NCBI RefSeq assembly: GCF_009914755.1
Contig: NC_060925.1
Strand: one strand, 5' to 3'
DNA: 64,000 nt
Source of the DNA: the human T2T-CHM13v2.0 reference genome, Homo sapiens
The notes under the pieces were generated by a model. The model was not told the DNA's origin and did no database searches. It worked only from the letters and a program-made list of their open reading frames with translations. Each line of letters starts with the position of its first letter. Positions within the stretch are counted from its first letter, which is position 1. This document shows positions 1 to 35,145 of this stretch, piece after piece. A program made the translations under genes and the position numbers.

Positions 1-199
1 CCTCAGCCTCCCAAAGTGCTGGGATTACAGCTGTGAGATACTGTGTCTGGTCGTGGTTTCAGAGAAAATTTTCAGATAAGAACAGTAGGCTTCTGGTGGG
101 GATGCAAATATATATATGTATGGGCTGCTATATGGTAGGAGGAAGAAGACACTTCAAAGAAAGGCTATGAAAAAGTGAGCACATGTTAAAGACAAATGA

Positions 200-450
200 T
201 AATAGCTATTATTTATTGATTGCATACTATATGCCAGGCAGTATATTCAAGTTTTATATGCATGATTTCATTTTACTCTCATTAAAATTCAAAGAAGATG
301 ACATTATTATTAATTCTTTTTTTTTTGTAGGTGAAGTAATTATGCCAGAGACATTAGGAGACTTTACCAAGTTCACACAGCTAGAAAGTAGAAGAACTAA
401 GATTTAAATCCAAACCTGTTTGTTTTCAGAGTCAGAGACTAGTTCTTAAT
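200..450 (-). mobile_element. MIR SINE relic
   Basis: Reverse-complement MIR core (CCAAGTTCACACAGCTAG...GATTTAAATCC). Confidence 0.6.
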
Positions 451-1404
451 CACCTTTCTACACTGCCTCTAAACTTGATCTGCTTTACAATTTTGCTATG
501 GCTTATCCTTTTTGCTTATAGTAAATGCTATCATTCAAAATGCATTTTCTGAACATCTGTTATGTAAAGGCACTGGATATTCACATGTGAAAGATGATAC
601 CTATTGAAGGTAAAGAGCAGGAGAAGGTATATAGATGGCAGTGGTGAGACAATTCAGCTATGAGTTAGTGACTGTGATGTCTCTTCCGCTATTTATTCAT
701 GAACATTTTGAGCATTAACTTTTTGTTAAATACTGGGTCAGAAGCTGTTGGGTTGAGAAACAGGAAGGAGAGATTGATACCAACTTCCATCACTTTAAGA
801 TGTATACTTTTTACATATTAATATTTCTGAAATTATATGTTTTACAGTAATTACTAGCTTAAATGGTAGCATTGTTTTCTTCCTCAGTGGTACATAAAAT
901 AATGGTGCTTTTTACAAGTGGTGGAACTTTAGATTCAATAAAGTATGATTTTTGGTCTGCCAAACATGGTTCTTGTTCACCAGATGCTTAATATTTATGA
1001 TCCTGCAATGTAATGGATTTCTCCCTACATTTGTAACCATGTAACATCCTTCACCAATGTGCCTTTCTCCTTTTGGCCTGAGATAATGCATTTATTCAAG
1101 TATGGTTGTTTATTTTCTCTCTATACTGTCTCCATCATTATTCAGCAAATGAAACACTTTCATCTCTCTATCTTCACCCCAATTTCTTTCCTGGGCTCTG
1201 ATTCATAACTGACACCTGAGTATTACAACTTTCTTGTCTTTATGTTACCGTGAACTCAATACAATGAACCATCTTTCCCTCCAAGCCAGATTATTCTCCA
1301 GGCTTCCCAAGATCTATCAGTTCTTGGGAACTGTAATGCACACTTGAAACCTTGGGAGCCATCCTTGATTCTTCCCTCTCCTTTGTTTCACTTGTACATA
1401 TCTA

Positions 1405-1811
<407 letters not shown>

Positions 1812-3300
1812 CTAATCATGCGTGGACTGCTATAGTCTCCCTCTGATTCATCTGATCCATTTTCACCACTTTAAGTTTTCTCTAACACTGTAACTGTACT
1901 GTATACTTGACTCCCTGCTAAAAGTCATTTAATAGCCCCTTACTGATCACTGGATACATTCCAGACACCATAGCCTGGTATTCAAGGCTCTCTACAATTA
2001 CCAGTCCTTTCCAGCTTCATCACCCACCACCTAAACTAGAGGAAATGTTCTACACTTTTCAGCTGCCACAATATTTGGCTTGAACCATTTCCTTTGTCTA
2101 GATTCTTACTCTCATTCTCTGGGCTTATCCAGCCAGGCTTTCCTTCAAAGCTCAGCTGACTCCTCCAGGAAAAGCATTTCCTGATGGTTTGCAGTTTACA
2201 GTGAACCCTCTTCTCCTAACTCCTACAGTGCTTAGTGCATATGTAAGTAATGTAACATTTAGTATGTGTTTCCTTCTATAGCTTTTTATCCTTTTATGCA
2301 TAAAAATGTCTTTCCAATGAGAATTAAATGCCTTGAGGGCAGGGACCTGCCATATTTCTCCATATTCCCAGTGCTGATGGTCTTTTAGATATAATCATAT
2401 TTTAGACCTGGAAGTTCACCTAGCCCTACTGATTTCTTTCACAGTTGAAGAAACTGAGGCCCAGAGAGAAGTTATTCAGACTCAGTAGAAAGCCATAGTC
2501 CTAGCCAAATATTTGCTAACACTTACAAATTATAGGGGTTGGCTTACGTAGAATGGCAAGATTCAGAAGTGGGGAATGAGGGCACTCTCTGAACAAAGGA
2601 AGGCAAGTAAAAATCATCACAGCCGTCCATGCGTGATTGGACAGAAGCCTAGACTGAGATGGAAATAGTGGAACTGGAAAGGAAGGGATCAATGCAAAAG
2701 GAAAAGTGTGCAGGTCTTACTAACTTACTAGATAGGTATTTTTGGCAAGTTTGGGACCAGGTGATTCAAGCTGCCCGCTGGGGCACGTGTAGTGGCTACT
2801 CGAGGGCAGGGCTGTCCTTTTGCACAACGCACAGGCTCTCGCAAATGGTTGGATGTTCAATGTTTCTTACTTTAGGGGGCTGCCCAGTCTTCTTCGCAGG
2901 CATGTGGCTAGAAGAAAGTGAAGCAGGTTGGCTTTCTGGCTCCTCGAGGGCACAGGCCCAGAGGTGGTGAGGACCGGCCAAGGCTCTCTGCTCAGTGCAG
3001 CAAGCCAGGGCCCGCCCCTGACAGGAATCCGTTGGCTAAGCAGCCGCTCCGGCCTTGGCCACGATCCCAGGAAAGAAGAGCAAGGGGCTTTCCACCTGCC
3101 CCTAGCCTAACCCGGGGCTGGGGACCTCTCGGGTTCCATCGGCTCTTGCCCCGCCTCCTAAGCCGGCCGCCTCCTGTCCAGGCCAGGTTGCCCGCCCCTC
3201 CCCTCACGCTCGACGGGCTCGCTCCCGCACCGGGCGCGCGGGTGGTGCGCGGGCACACGGAGGCGGAAGGCCGGAGGGGCAGTCCGCCGCGGGGGCGAGC

Positions 3301-3310
3301 GCGCATGCGC
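3301..3310. promoter_or_regulatory. Perfect NRF1 palindrome GCGCATGCGC
   Basis: Exact match to the palindromic NRF1 consensus in the CpG island, just upstream of the exon 1 donor. Binding is inferred. Confidence 0.7.
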
Positions 3311-3361
3311 CTTCCTGGGACCCACGGCAGGCGCGAATCCCAGCGGCCGGCGGGCGGCGGG
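3301..3361 (+). other. ALG6: ALG6 non-coding exon 1 (5' boundary approximate)
   Basis: GGG|GTAAGA donor at 3362 inside the CpG island. The next pyrimidine-rich acceptor ahead of the ATG is at 6444. Confidence 0.75.
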
Positions 3362-4162
3362 GTAAGAGCATGGGATCCCGGAGGTTCCGGACCCCAGGCC
3401 AGTGTGGGGAGGTGCCGGGGGCTCGGACGCGCCACGAGCCGGCGCAGAGCTGGCGACCCGTCTCCCAGCTCCGCTCCACTCCCAGGGACGCGACGCGAGG
3501 CCTCCCCAGCCCTTCCTGCAGGGTCGCTTGTGGGTCGGGTGAGGGGACGCGGTGATAGTGGTGGCACTTGCAGGCTGGGGCGGTCCTGGCACCCTTGTCC
3601 TTGCGGTTCTGAGGGCCTGGCCCTCAAGAGGAGGGGCGGAGAAACGCGAGAAGGGATCCCTTTCGCCCCATATACACGCCCGGGATAGCTGCACTCCCCG
3701 GTGTTGTGTCCACTGCGGTGGAAGGACCTTTCAGACTAAAAGGAGCAAAGTCGGTTCTGGGATGGGGACGGCGGGCTTGGCATTTGTCGAGATGCACCGT
3801 CAGGGCAAAGGAGGACGAAAAGCGCATCTACTGCCTGCCTAGCAACTTCGTGGCCAGTGGATGGGTTAGAAAATTACTGTTTTCTGATTTACAGGTGGAA
3901 AAAGTCGCAAATAACCCTTTTTCTGGTTTAAGCAGAAGAGAGTCGTTAAAAGCCTCGCATAATATCTTTAACCACACAGGGCTCAGTAAAATTAGGGTAC
4001 CTCCCCGCTTCGTACACACAGACGCACACAGCTCCATTCAGCAAATACTTCTTGGGTACCTGCCTTCTGCTAACACTGTTCTACAAGTGGGGAACAGAGA
4101 GCAACGACTAAGACAGGAGGATCCCTGCTCACAGGGAGCCTTTAGTCAACACATCCAAGTAA

Positions 4163-4538
<376 letters not shown>

Positions 4539-5019
4539 TAACTTGTTAATTTATCCTAAAGTCAACACATTTCCTAACCACTACTCAAATCAAGAAGGAA
4601 GATTCACAGCATTTCAGAACACCTCTCTGGGCACCCCTCCCAACCACCATCCCTTCTTTCCTCCCCAAAGGTAACCTCTTTCCTGATTTTTAACACCATA
4701 GATTAGTTTTGCCTATTTATGAACCTTTCATGGAACCATATGATATGTATTCTTTGGTGTCCAGCATTTATACTGAAAATTATGTGTGTGAGATTGCACC
4801 ATGTCATGTGAAAATACAAATCCTGTTAGTGAAAAGAATTAGGAAGCAAATTGAAGGTAATGATACAAACAGTAAGGGGAGGAAGCTTTAGTAGGATAGT
4901 CAGGGATGATCTTTCTGAGGGGATGATTTGAGATTTGGCATCAATGACAAAAGATTAGCCATTCCAATCAGTTCTGGAGTTATCCCGTGATGTTTTTATT
5001 TTAAATAAGAAAATAATTA

Positions 5020-5341
<322 letters not shown>

Positions 5342-5408
5342 TTAGATCATTAGGTGGAATGTACCAATTTTGCCCTAAATTTTTTAGTTGATTTATTATA
5401 TTTTCTGA

Positions 5409-5822
<414 letters not shown>

Positions 5823-6444
5823 TAAGGAAAACTGTAAAAAAAAAAAAAAAGTAAGTGGTTAATTGAGTTTTACTGCTTTTGTATTTTTTTCTCACGATTT
5901 GGGATTATTCTTAATGATTCTTAAAAAGGCTCATTTCTCTAAGATGGAAAGTTGGTGTGGTTAATGCAAGTATATTTTGGAAGAAAAGTAAAAACCAAAC
6001 TAGATAAATTGTTTATTGGAAGACTTTCCCAAACTAAATACAAAGACAAGATTCCTCTTTCTCGCTGTACCAAAGATAAATCATGCCTTTGTCTACGGTT
6101 GTGGTTTTATATTTACCTGTAGGTGAATGTGTTCTAAATAGAATTGACTGTGTCATTATCTACATATGTGTTGTTTTTCTTTTCTCAGAAATATTCCCTT
6201 GTGAGAGTAAATCTTTACTATATCTTTAGATGTATTGAGTCCCATTTAATAGGGAGATCCACCTTTTGATGTATATTCCCAACTAAAGGACTAGGGAATA
6301 AGGAACTTAAAATACCACGTTTCCTTCACATTCCTTCCCACTACCCCTCCCCTCGAATTCTCTATCCTTCTACTTGGTTTACTGGGTTCATTGTTGTAGG
6401 TACTGTACTCAGCTGAATCTTGATATCTTTTTTTTTCCCCTTAG

Positions 6445-6780
<336 letters not shown>

Positions 6781-7243
6781 TAGGTGTTTGTTTGGGGAAA
6801 AGTTTACCATTTTCTGACCAGTACAGAGAAGAATTTCAGGCCTTTTTGATATGGTTGAGAAAATACATTTAAATGTCCAGTTCTAATAGAAAGAATATGG
6901 ATAACAGCTAAATAGAAGCATGCGCTTTGTGATGTGAGAAAGCAAAAATGTGTTCTAACAGGTAAGATGACAAATTGAGAAATGATTCTGTATTAAACAT
7001 TGAAGAGGAAAATGAGCTAGCACTTCAAGGGAGGGGTGGAGTCTGTTTAGGGTAGAGAAGCATATTACTGGATTAAAGGGAAGCGATCAGTGAACAAGAA
7101 TAAAATTGGGAATGAGAGAGGGGGAATTGATGGAGTGTGGTCCTGGTGTGTTGGATTGGCTTAAATGTAACTCTGCAGGTACCTATTTAGCACGTCTCAT
7201 GTTCCCGGCACTGTGCTAGCTTCTAAAAATACAAGATGAATAG

Positions 7244-7575
<332 letters not shown>

Positions 7576-8024
7576 TAGAGGGCCCACATTTTAATAGTTA
7601 AATGGTCACAACAGAGGGTGATAATTATAATGTAGGAGTATGTGTGAGGTACAGAGTTAATAGAGAGGTAAATGATCAAGATGCATTAGAGAAAACTTCA
7701 GGAAAGATGTTTGCATTCAAGATTTGAAGGATGAGTCAGAATTTTCTAGGCAAATGAAGTGGAGAAGGTATTATAGAGTGCAGGAACTTGTGCAACAGAC
7801 ATGGTGTCACAGAGCATGGTTATTATAAGTATTGTATTTGAGTTGCATGAAACATAGGAACAAAAAGGATGAGGAGAGAGTGACCAGAGAATAGGTTATA
7901 CAATTAGCTGGGCAAATTATTTCGTTGTAGAAAAATAACTTATGTTAGTGAAAAAGGGTCATAGGAAAAAGAGATAGGTAAAGAGAAAAATGAGACAATA
8001 ATATTAATAGTTGTAAGAGCTATG

Positions 8025-8340
8025 ATATATACACAGACACATATATATACACAGACACACATTTACTCTCTACTTACACATTTACTATATACGAAGATAC
8101 ATATATGGAAATTTATATATATGTGTGTCTATATAGTAAATGTGTATATACACAGACACACACATATATAGGTATTTTATGCATACCTATATATGTGTGT
8201 GTCTGTATATAGTAAATGTATATATACACAGACATATATATGGATATACACAGACACACATATATATAAATATCTGTATATATGTGTGTATATAGCAAAT
8301 GTGTATGTAGAGAATAAATGTGTATGTGTCTGTGTATATC
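8025..8340. repeat. Degenerate (TA)/(CA)/(TG) low-complexity repeat
   Basis: ATATATACACAGACAC units in both orientations. Confidence 0.85.
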
Positions 8341-8345
8341 GTAGC

Positions 8346-11233
<2,888 letters not shown>

Positions 11234-11239
11234 CATTTC

Positions 11240-14900
<3,661 letters not shown>

Positions 14901-16671
14901 CCACATAGGGTTTATGTTGCTTCCTGGTAGGCACCTGGGGCACTATTAACAAAAATCAAACTAAATTAGCAACTTAAAGTTTCTTTGGGTCATGTACTTG
15001 GTGTGAATTCAGGCCCCAACCTGGGCAAATGCAGGCATATGGTTAGGAGTTTTCATAGGACTCTTTTTCGTTTTTCCTGTACTACCAGGAGCCAAGGCCG
15101 AGATGAGTACTATCTTCACTATCTCCCTAAAGGCATTGTATTTTAAATTGTAGTAGAGGGTTCTCTGACCTTGAATTCCTACCTGTTCAGGTCCCAGGCT
15201 TTGCCTCCTTACTGACTGCACAGGGCTCCTGGTAGCCAGGCTATTGACCACCAGAGATCATTGGATACCCTCAAGGCAAATGCTTACTTCTCTGAATCTA
15301 CACTTTGCTGTTGTTTCTGGGGCCTCTAAGGAATTCTTTCATGTTACTGCTAGTTCAGCCATATATTAAAATTATATATTTATAAAAGTAGGATACGTAA
15401 TACTATATTATTAATTATATAAAAACAAATATAAATCATACATTATATATAAAACATATATAAAACATTATATTATATACATTATTTATTCAATGTTAAC
15501 TAGGATTTTTACTGGAGATGTTTTTGGACCCTTTGTCTGGCATATTGCTGGAAACCGAAGTGCCATCTATATTTTTAAAAGCTCCATAAGTTATTCTAGT
15601 GTTTACAGAGGGTTAATAGACATGATGGTTGAAGCCAGGGGTTGAGGGGCAAAAGCAACAGGTTTAAGAGTTGCTTTTGCCCCTCAACAAAAGCAACTTT
15701 TGTGCAAGAAGAAAACAGATTTAACCACTAATCATCTCCAGAGAGAAGGGAGAATGATTAAAGGAGACTGAGAAGAAACTGTGTAGTAGGCTTAGCATCT
15801 GGAGAGTTTGTTTTTCTAGAAGCCAAGAAACCAGACAACTTTACAAAATGAGGACCGGCCAACAGTGTCAAGCTATAGACATGTCAAAAAGGATGAAAAT
15901 TTAAAATAGACAAGGGATCTATAGGAGACCATGTGAACCTCCTGGTTGCCAGACTGTAATGAACTGAGGACTGAATGGTAGTTATCAAATGGACATAGCA
16001 ACTTTCAGGACGTTTGTTCGTGAACGGAAGAAAGGAAGTAGTTTGGTGGCTGAAGTGGGGGAAGAAGGGCTGAGGAAAGGTCCAATTAGAAGTTGTTACA
16101 TAAAATATGTAACTTATAATATTACTTTTAGTCCATAATTGGTCCATTGGAAAGTCATCCCCTTTTCTGAATTTGGTACTAATTCATGGTGATTATTTAG
16201 TTTGCAATCTTTTTTCCAGTTTTCCTTTTGTCTCCTAATTGTGACACATATATTATTTTCTCGTTTATTTTAAGGTGAAGTTGAAAAGAACTAAAATCAG
16301 AGTATAGGATAAAATACTACAAATTTTTAAATGATACTATTTCAGTATTGCTGGTATATATAATCAAATGCTTAATGGGAATTCAGGAGGGGACAATTCA
16401 TCCAATACTTCTCTATTCCTGTGACTTACATATATTACTTAACCTGACATTTCTTTCATGAACTGAATTTACTCAATTACTTTTCTCATCTGGAAAAGAA
16501 AACAGGACTCCAGCTACTTATTTTAAACCCTGCTCTTAAATTGTCCCTAGGAAAATCAACAGAATCAGATTCCTTTTGGGTTACTATATAAGAAAAATAT
16601 TGTTATTGCACATTAGTAGATTATTTGAAGGCATCTTGTAGATGGCTATGATATATTTTTGTCATTTTTCA

Positions 16672-17330
<659 letters not shown>

Positions 17331-17774
17331 AGAAGGAAGGGAGGGGAGGGGAGGGGAGGGGAGAGGATTCCATTATAGAACTCAACTCCATCATAAAGAA
17401 TATAACATTTTTAGCATTCACGTGTGAGGGACTTAATGTGTCATTGGAGGTTGGGAGAATTAATGAATAACATCTGTGATTCTGCTGAGATATTGTTCCT
17501 TCTGTTGATTAAAATACTATTTTTGGTATCCTAATTTGTATTGTTTTGTTTTTAAGAAGTGAGTTTTCACTATGTTGCCCAAGCTGCAGTAGAGTGACTA
17601 TTTACAGGATGTGATCATCAGGCACTGTAACCTTGGGCTCCTGGCCTCAAGTGGTCCTCCCACCTAGCCTCCCAATAGAAATGCATCATTTTTATGTATT
17701 GTAAAATATCTCAGCTTGTACCACTGCTCCCAGCTCATAATTTCTTTTTTTGTTGTTTTTTAAAAGTTTTTTTG

Positions 17775-26760
<8,986 letters not shown>

Positions 26761-26839
26761 TCATAGTTTGTTTTTTAATATGCTTATTTTAGTTTGCTTT
26801 TGGTTTATCTTGTTTTAAGATTGTAATTAAGAAGCACTT

Positions 26840-27321
26840 ACAGGAGAGGAAAAATACATTTTCCTTCTGTCCTTCTAGGTTCTCTAATGTGCCCGTGTAA
26901 CAAAAGACAGATTAACAAGACAAAAACATAACGCATTTATTGAATATAAGTTTGAAACCTTCAGAAGGAAATGAAGACCCGAAGAAACAGTTAAACCTGA
27001 GTGTTTTTATACTAACTTTGATGAAGAGGGGAGAGTTGTAGAAAATGTGATAGGACAATAGAGTATGAGTCAAGAGTAGTAAACGGGAAACTTGGCAAAA
27101 CCTGTTCATTTTGGTTCCTCTGGGTATCCTTTTACCTTTGGAGATAAAGATGCTTCTTTTCTCTGGGTATAGGGAGGGCACCTCTCACATGAGGATTTTA
27201 TGATCTGCTTCAGGGGATGGTCAGTTCTTCCTGCACCTGCCCTTCCTCAGATTCCTTTAGCTTAAAATATTCAATATGCCAAGGTGCCAGATTTTGAAGT
27301 TGAATGTTCAGAACTCCATCA
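26840..27321 (-). mobile_element. ERV1-class solo LTR (MER31/MER34/MER39-like; subfamily uncertain)
   Basis: The reverse complement begins TGATGG...GGCACCTTGGCATATTGAATATTTTAAGCT, recalled as typical of this LTR group. Confidence 0.6.
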
Positions 27322-27793
27322 CACTCAAGTGTGGAAACTCAGGTTAGCTTGCTTAGTATTAATGCATTATTCCTCCTTTGGAAATGTATGTATTATTTAG
27401 GAAAATGGCTTATGTATATTATTGTAATTTGATTTTTTCTGAAATGTCTATCCCTTACGCTTTTAGAGATGCTTATATACATTAATTTTCAGAGACCTAA
27501 AAATATTGAATAAATACTGTTTGTTGCTTTTAAACAATCCATGGGGAGTAGAAAAATTTTGATTTTAGTATTGATTGTTTACCGTTTCTTGTAGAGATTC
27601 ACAGTTCCTCTATACTTGATCCAAAGTGTTACCAGTGTCTTTAAGGCAAATGGCAACACTTGAGCTGGGGAAAGTTATTTTATTTTAATAACTTTTTTTT
27701 TCCCCAAAGCTGCATTGGCTGTTTGATGAGAAAGTTGTAGAGAATCAGTTTTTGTAGCACATCATTACTAAAGTATGACTGTGTTCCATTTAA

Positions 27794-28171
<378 letters not shown>

Positions 28172-30042
28172 TAGCCAAATTCTCTTCTCTAAAATGTTTA
28201 AAATTTTAATTTAAAGGCAGTTAGTAGGTATTGTTAACAACAAAACTACTTGTTTTTAAAATTCAAACATAATTATGAATAGTTCAACAATTAATAAAAT
28301 GAACATTTAAGTAGTGCTTAAGCCCATTTTTCTGAGAATGAGACAGAATTGAAGCTGAGTAAATATACATTAGTGTGTTTTCTTTATGTAATTCTGAATC
28401 TTATGTAAATGAATTTGTAGAATTAAGCACTGTGGAAGGAATCGTTTTTTGCCCTTCCCAAGTGAAGCTCCCATAGGTACAGTTGGGTTGTCCTTCTGGG
28501 TTGCTTTAAGGGCACTTTAGCTGTTTTAAAAACTTAAGTACTAATTTCATACTCAGTGTCAGCTGAATTTATTGAAGTAGGTCAGACTCTGGATAGGAAC
28601 TTGTTTCCCAACCCTAAAGAGAGTCATTATCCATTCTTCTATTTGTTAGAGAATGGTAATAAATTCTTCCACATTGACCACAAGTCTAGAGCAATTTCAG
28701 AAAATCTAGATAGTTGGATTTCTTCAGGTATAGGAAATTACTTAAGATTCTCTCTGACTTTTATTATCCCAGTGGACCAAAAACAAAAACAAAACAAATA
28801 AAAAGGAAAGTCAACTCCTTTCCACCCCCAAAGAAGCCATATTCAATGGTTGTATTCTTTAAAATAGAAACTTATATCCCTCCCTGCCCCCAATCCCGCC
28901 ACCCAGCCAAAAAATACACATGCAAAAATGCAATTAATTCTTTGGGGAATTCTTTTCTTAAAAAAATTTTTATTATTGTAGGTTATTCTTCCTCTCCAGT
29001 TTAATTAAGCAAACTTTTAATGTACTATATGCCTAGCAATGTTTTCTCTGGACACTGGAAAATCAGTTTCTCTGCCTATGGGATATAAAATTCTTATCTG
29101 GTTAGCAGTTAAGAAATAGTATAGTCATATGATAAAACATGGGAACTGAAAGTATAAGTATTGTGAGAAGTCAGTAGTTAGTGATCAATATGTTTTTAAT
29201 TTATGAAGGAAGGCTTCATGGAAGATTTAGGATTTCAGATGATGCTTGAAGGTTGGATATGAGTTGATAGAAATAGATGTATAGAATATGGAATAAGAAG
29301 CATGAACAGAAACTTTGAATTTCAAAGTGCCAGATAGTAACTTAAAAATGTTTTTGGGTGAGAACTCATATATGGCACTGTGTTAAAGCAACCTCGGCAA
29401 AATTAATTGGTCTGCCATCACAAATTAATGTTGCAGATCAGTAAGTGAAAAATCAGGGACTCACAAACTCAAGTCTTTTGAACTTAAACGTCCTTGCTGT
29501 ATTAACATTCACTGATAACCTATGAGGGTGGCATTAAGAATCTACTAGGTGCTATTACATTCTGAGAATAGAAAACTTATTAAGTTTCTTTCTGAGAGAT
29601 AGAGAGACAGAGACCCACACACATGCGTGTATACTATGGTTAATTTCTTGTGCAAATCACTCAATGTATATATGCTATAGAAAAGTTAATCTGGGTTTCC
29701 CATGATTGTCTCATAGTGGGAATATCTTCTTAGAGATTATAGCGTTTAAAGAATATTGGTATAATTCAACAATTAAATACAAACACTTCATGTAATGTTG
29801 TAAAACTGGAGAAAATCTGGATTAGATTTCAGTGAGCAATAATATGTCATTCTTCAATATGGCACACCTTCCTAATGGGTTAATTAGTATATTTGACTCT
29901 ATGTGATTTTTACCTTACATGCCAGTTTAAAAAGCTGTGATTATACTGTACCTCTTTGGGCCTTCTCACAATTTTGTAGTCAACTGTTAGTTAAATAGTG
30001 AGTGGGTGTTTACTCTTTACTAAATGGAGATAGCTTTACATC

Positions 30043-31375
<1,333 letters not shown>

Positions 31376-31486
31376 GTCCTTTATAAAATGCAGATACTCG
31401 TGTTACTATTTTATGGTACATATTGGGCAGTATAGTTGACAGCCTTATGAAGTAAAAATAAACCTGGATATAATTATTATTGAGTA

Positions 31487-31833
31487 CAGTCAGCCCTCTG
31501 TATCCATGGATTCTATATCTGTGGATTCAGCCAACCATGGATTGAAAATATTCGGGAAATAAAAAAGGATGATTGTGCCTGTACTGAACATGTAGATTTT
31601 TTTCCCTTGCATTATCCCCTAAACAATACAGTATAACAACTATTTATGTAGCATTTTACATTGTTAGGTATTATAAGTAATCTAAAGATGATTTAAAGTA
31701 TACAAGAGAATGAGCAGAGGTTATATGCAAATACTATGGCATTTTATATAAGGGATGAGCATCCATGAAGTTTGATTTCTGTGGTAGTGGGGGGTCCTAG
31801 AATGAATCCCCCACAGATACTGAGGGATGATTG
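31487..31833. mobile_element. MER2 (TcMar-Tigger) DNA transposon
   Basis: Terminal inverted repeats CAGTCAGCCCTCTGTATC / GATACTGAGGGATGATTG flanked by TA. Confidence 0.8.
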
Positions 31834-31839
31834 TAATGT

Positions 31840-32436
<597 letters not shown>

Positions 32437-32796
32437 TGATAGTCCTGAAAGTTAATTCATATACTTAGTTAGGTGGGCTATGATGCTGAACTAGAACGTT
32501 GATGATAAAACTCTGAATGTCTATATGTCCTCTGTACATAAACTATGGAAGCACCATCATAGGCTAAAAACATTTCTTCCCTGTTCCCTCATCCACTGTT
32601 TCTCTCACTAAAGATCACTATGATTGTAACTATAGATAAAAATAAAAGAGAGCTTTGGCAGTAGCTGATGGCTGAATTTGCAGATCTGAAAAGGGGACCA
32701 AAGGGAGAAGCCTACAATGATAGGACTTGTTTTCAACTCTGAAAATTTCGCATGTGTCCTTTTGATTCACCTTTGAATACCGTGCATCTAGTATAG

Positions 32797-33158
<362 letters not shown>

Positions 33159-33389
33159 AGGTGTTCGTTTTCGTATGGTCTCATTTCCATAGCTTTCTCT
33201 TTGTATTATGAAGGAGGAGGTCAGCTCTACCCTTCATTGTTATATGATACAGTATATATTGAACCGTCTGTTTCTGAAAACTCAGAGAACTTCATAGACA
33301 TTTTTGTTAATTATTATTGCTCTCTATCATAATTGAGCAGTGGTGATTAACCTTAATTTTGTATACAAATCTACCTGAAGTATAAAATA

Positions 33390-33640
33390 GCAGTAGCTTA
33401 GTGGTAAAGAGTGTAGGTGCTAGAGTCAGACTGTCTGAGTTCAGATCCCAGCTCTACTATTTATTAGCTGTGTGACCTTTGGCAAATCATTTAACTTTCT
33501 CAACCACAGTTTTATTACTTATAGAATGAAAATAGTAGACTACATATTTCACTGGGTTATTGTGAGGACTGAATAAAATGATACATGTAAAGCACTTAGG
33601 CCAGTCCCTAGCATGTAACGAACTCTCAATAAATGTTAGC
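33390..33640 (+). mobile_element. MIR
   Basis: GAGTCAGACTG...TGTGTGACCTTTGGCAAATCATTTAAC...CTCAATAAATGTTAGCT. Confidence 0.8.
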
Positions 33641-34115
33641 TCTGGTTATAGCATCATAGAAATTCATGCCTGTGTCATTTTTATTGAACATATCCTGATA
33701 ACTGTTGATGACATTATTTATTGACTTACTAGATGGTTGGTAGGTTATTCTCTTAGAGACTGGCTATATAAACTGTTCATATTATATTGTTGACTGCTTT
33801 GGCTACTGCTTTTATATAGCTCTTTATCAGAGAGTTTTATGCAAGAACTTCATATTGAGTTTTCTATTGATAGGTTGCCTGTTCCCTAGTCAGAGTTTGG
33901 AGTGTTTCAAATGGAAGAGGAACTCGAAACACTTTAAATGTCTCTTAGTAGGGGAATGATTAAATAAAGTCTATTTCTTATGTGCTCATTTTTTCTAGGT
34001 AGATTCCTAGAAGTGGAAGCTCTAAAGTAACACCAGGATATCTCATTCTACGTACCCTGACCAACATTTAGTAATACCGGACTTTTAAAATTGGCACTTC
34101 CTTGAGTAATTGTGA

Positions 34116-34448
<333 letters not shown>

Positions 34449-34549
34449 ATAATTAGATTTCTTTTCAAAATTGCTTGTTCATTTCTTTCCCCCGTGTTTG
34501 TAGTGGATAATCATTTTTGTAATGATTTGTATGATTTTTAAATAGTTAT

Positions 34550-35145
34550 ACTAATTTTCTATGCTGTGTAATGAATGACCTCAAATGCTAATTGCTAAAA
34601 CACACATTTATTATCACAGTTTCTTTAGATCAGGAGTTTGGGCACAGCTTAGCTAGGTATTCTGCTCAGAGTTTCGGGAAGGCTATATTTCAGGTGTCAG
34701 CTGGGCTGCAGACTTATCAGAGGCTCAAATGGAGAAGGATCCATTTCCAAGTTCCCTCAGGCTGTTGGCAGAATTAGTTTCCTTGCATCTGCAAGAGTGA
34801 GGGCTTCAGTTTCTTGTTGGGAGCCACTCTTGGCTCCTAGAGCTCACATGCCATTTGTTGCTATGTGGCTTCTCCAACATGGCCATGCACTAAAATATGC
34901 CAGCTTGCTTCTTTAAAGTCAGTGAGAGGCAGTCTGTCTAGTATATCTGCTAGCAAGACAGAATATTACATGTACGTGAAACAGAAGCACAAGAGTGATA
35001 TCCTATCACATTTACCATATTGTATTAGTTAGATGCAAATCACAGGACTTGCCTACGCTCAAGGGGAGGGGATTGTATGCACGCAGGAGTCTGAACAGCA
35101 GGAGATGGTGTTCTCAGTGGTGACCTTAAAGTCTGTCTACCACGA
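34550..35145. mobile_element. MaLR (MLT1-like) LTR
   Basis: ACACATTTATTATCACAGTTTC...CAGGAGTTTGGGCACAGCTTAGCT...GTCTGTCTACCAC. Confidence 0.65.

Larger units (their letters stand above)
3000..3800 (+). promoter_or_regulatory. ALG6: CpG-island, TATA-less promoter of ALG6
   Basis: Abrupt GC- and CpG-rich stretch in otherwise CpG-depleted DNA. GC boxes (CCCGCCCC ~3011, CCCCGCC ~3149, CCCGCCCC ~3191), an ETS-like GGCGGAAG ~3262, and the first splice donor at 3362. Confidence 0.9.

Noticed and set aside
2630-3065. ER-stress elements (GTGATTGG at ~2633; TTGGCCACG at ~3055)
   Set aside because: Neither matches ERSE (CCAAT-N9-CCACG) or ERSE-II (ATTGG-N-CCACG) exactly.
2918-3694. Long overlapping ORFs (256, 211 and 178 aa) across the promoter
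   Set aside because: Stop-poor GC-rich CpG island giving Arg/Pro/Gly-rich translations on both strands with no recognisable domain; they also run through the exon 1 donor.
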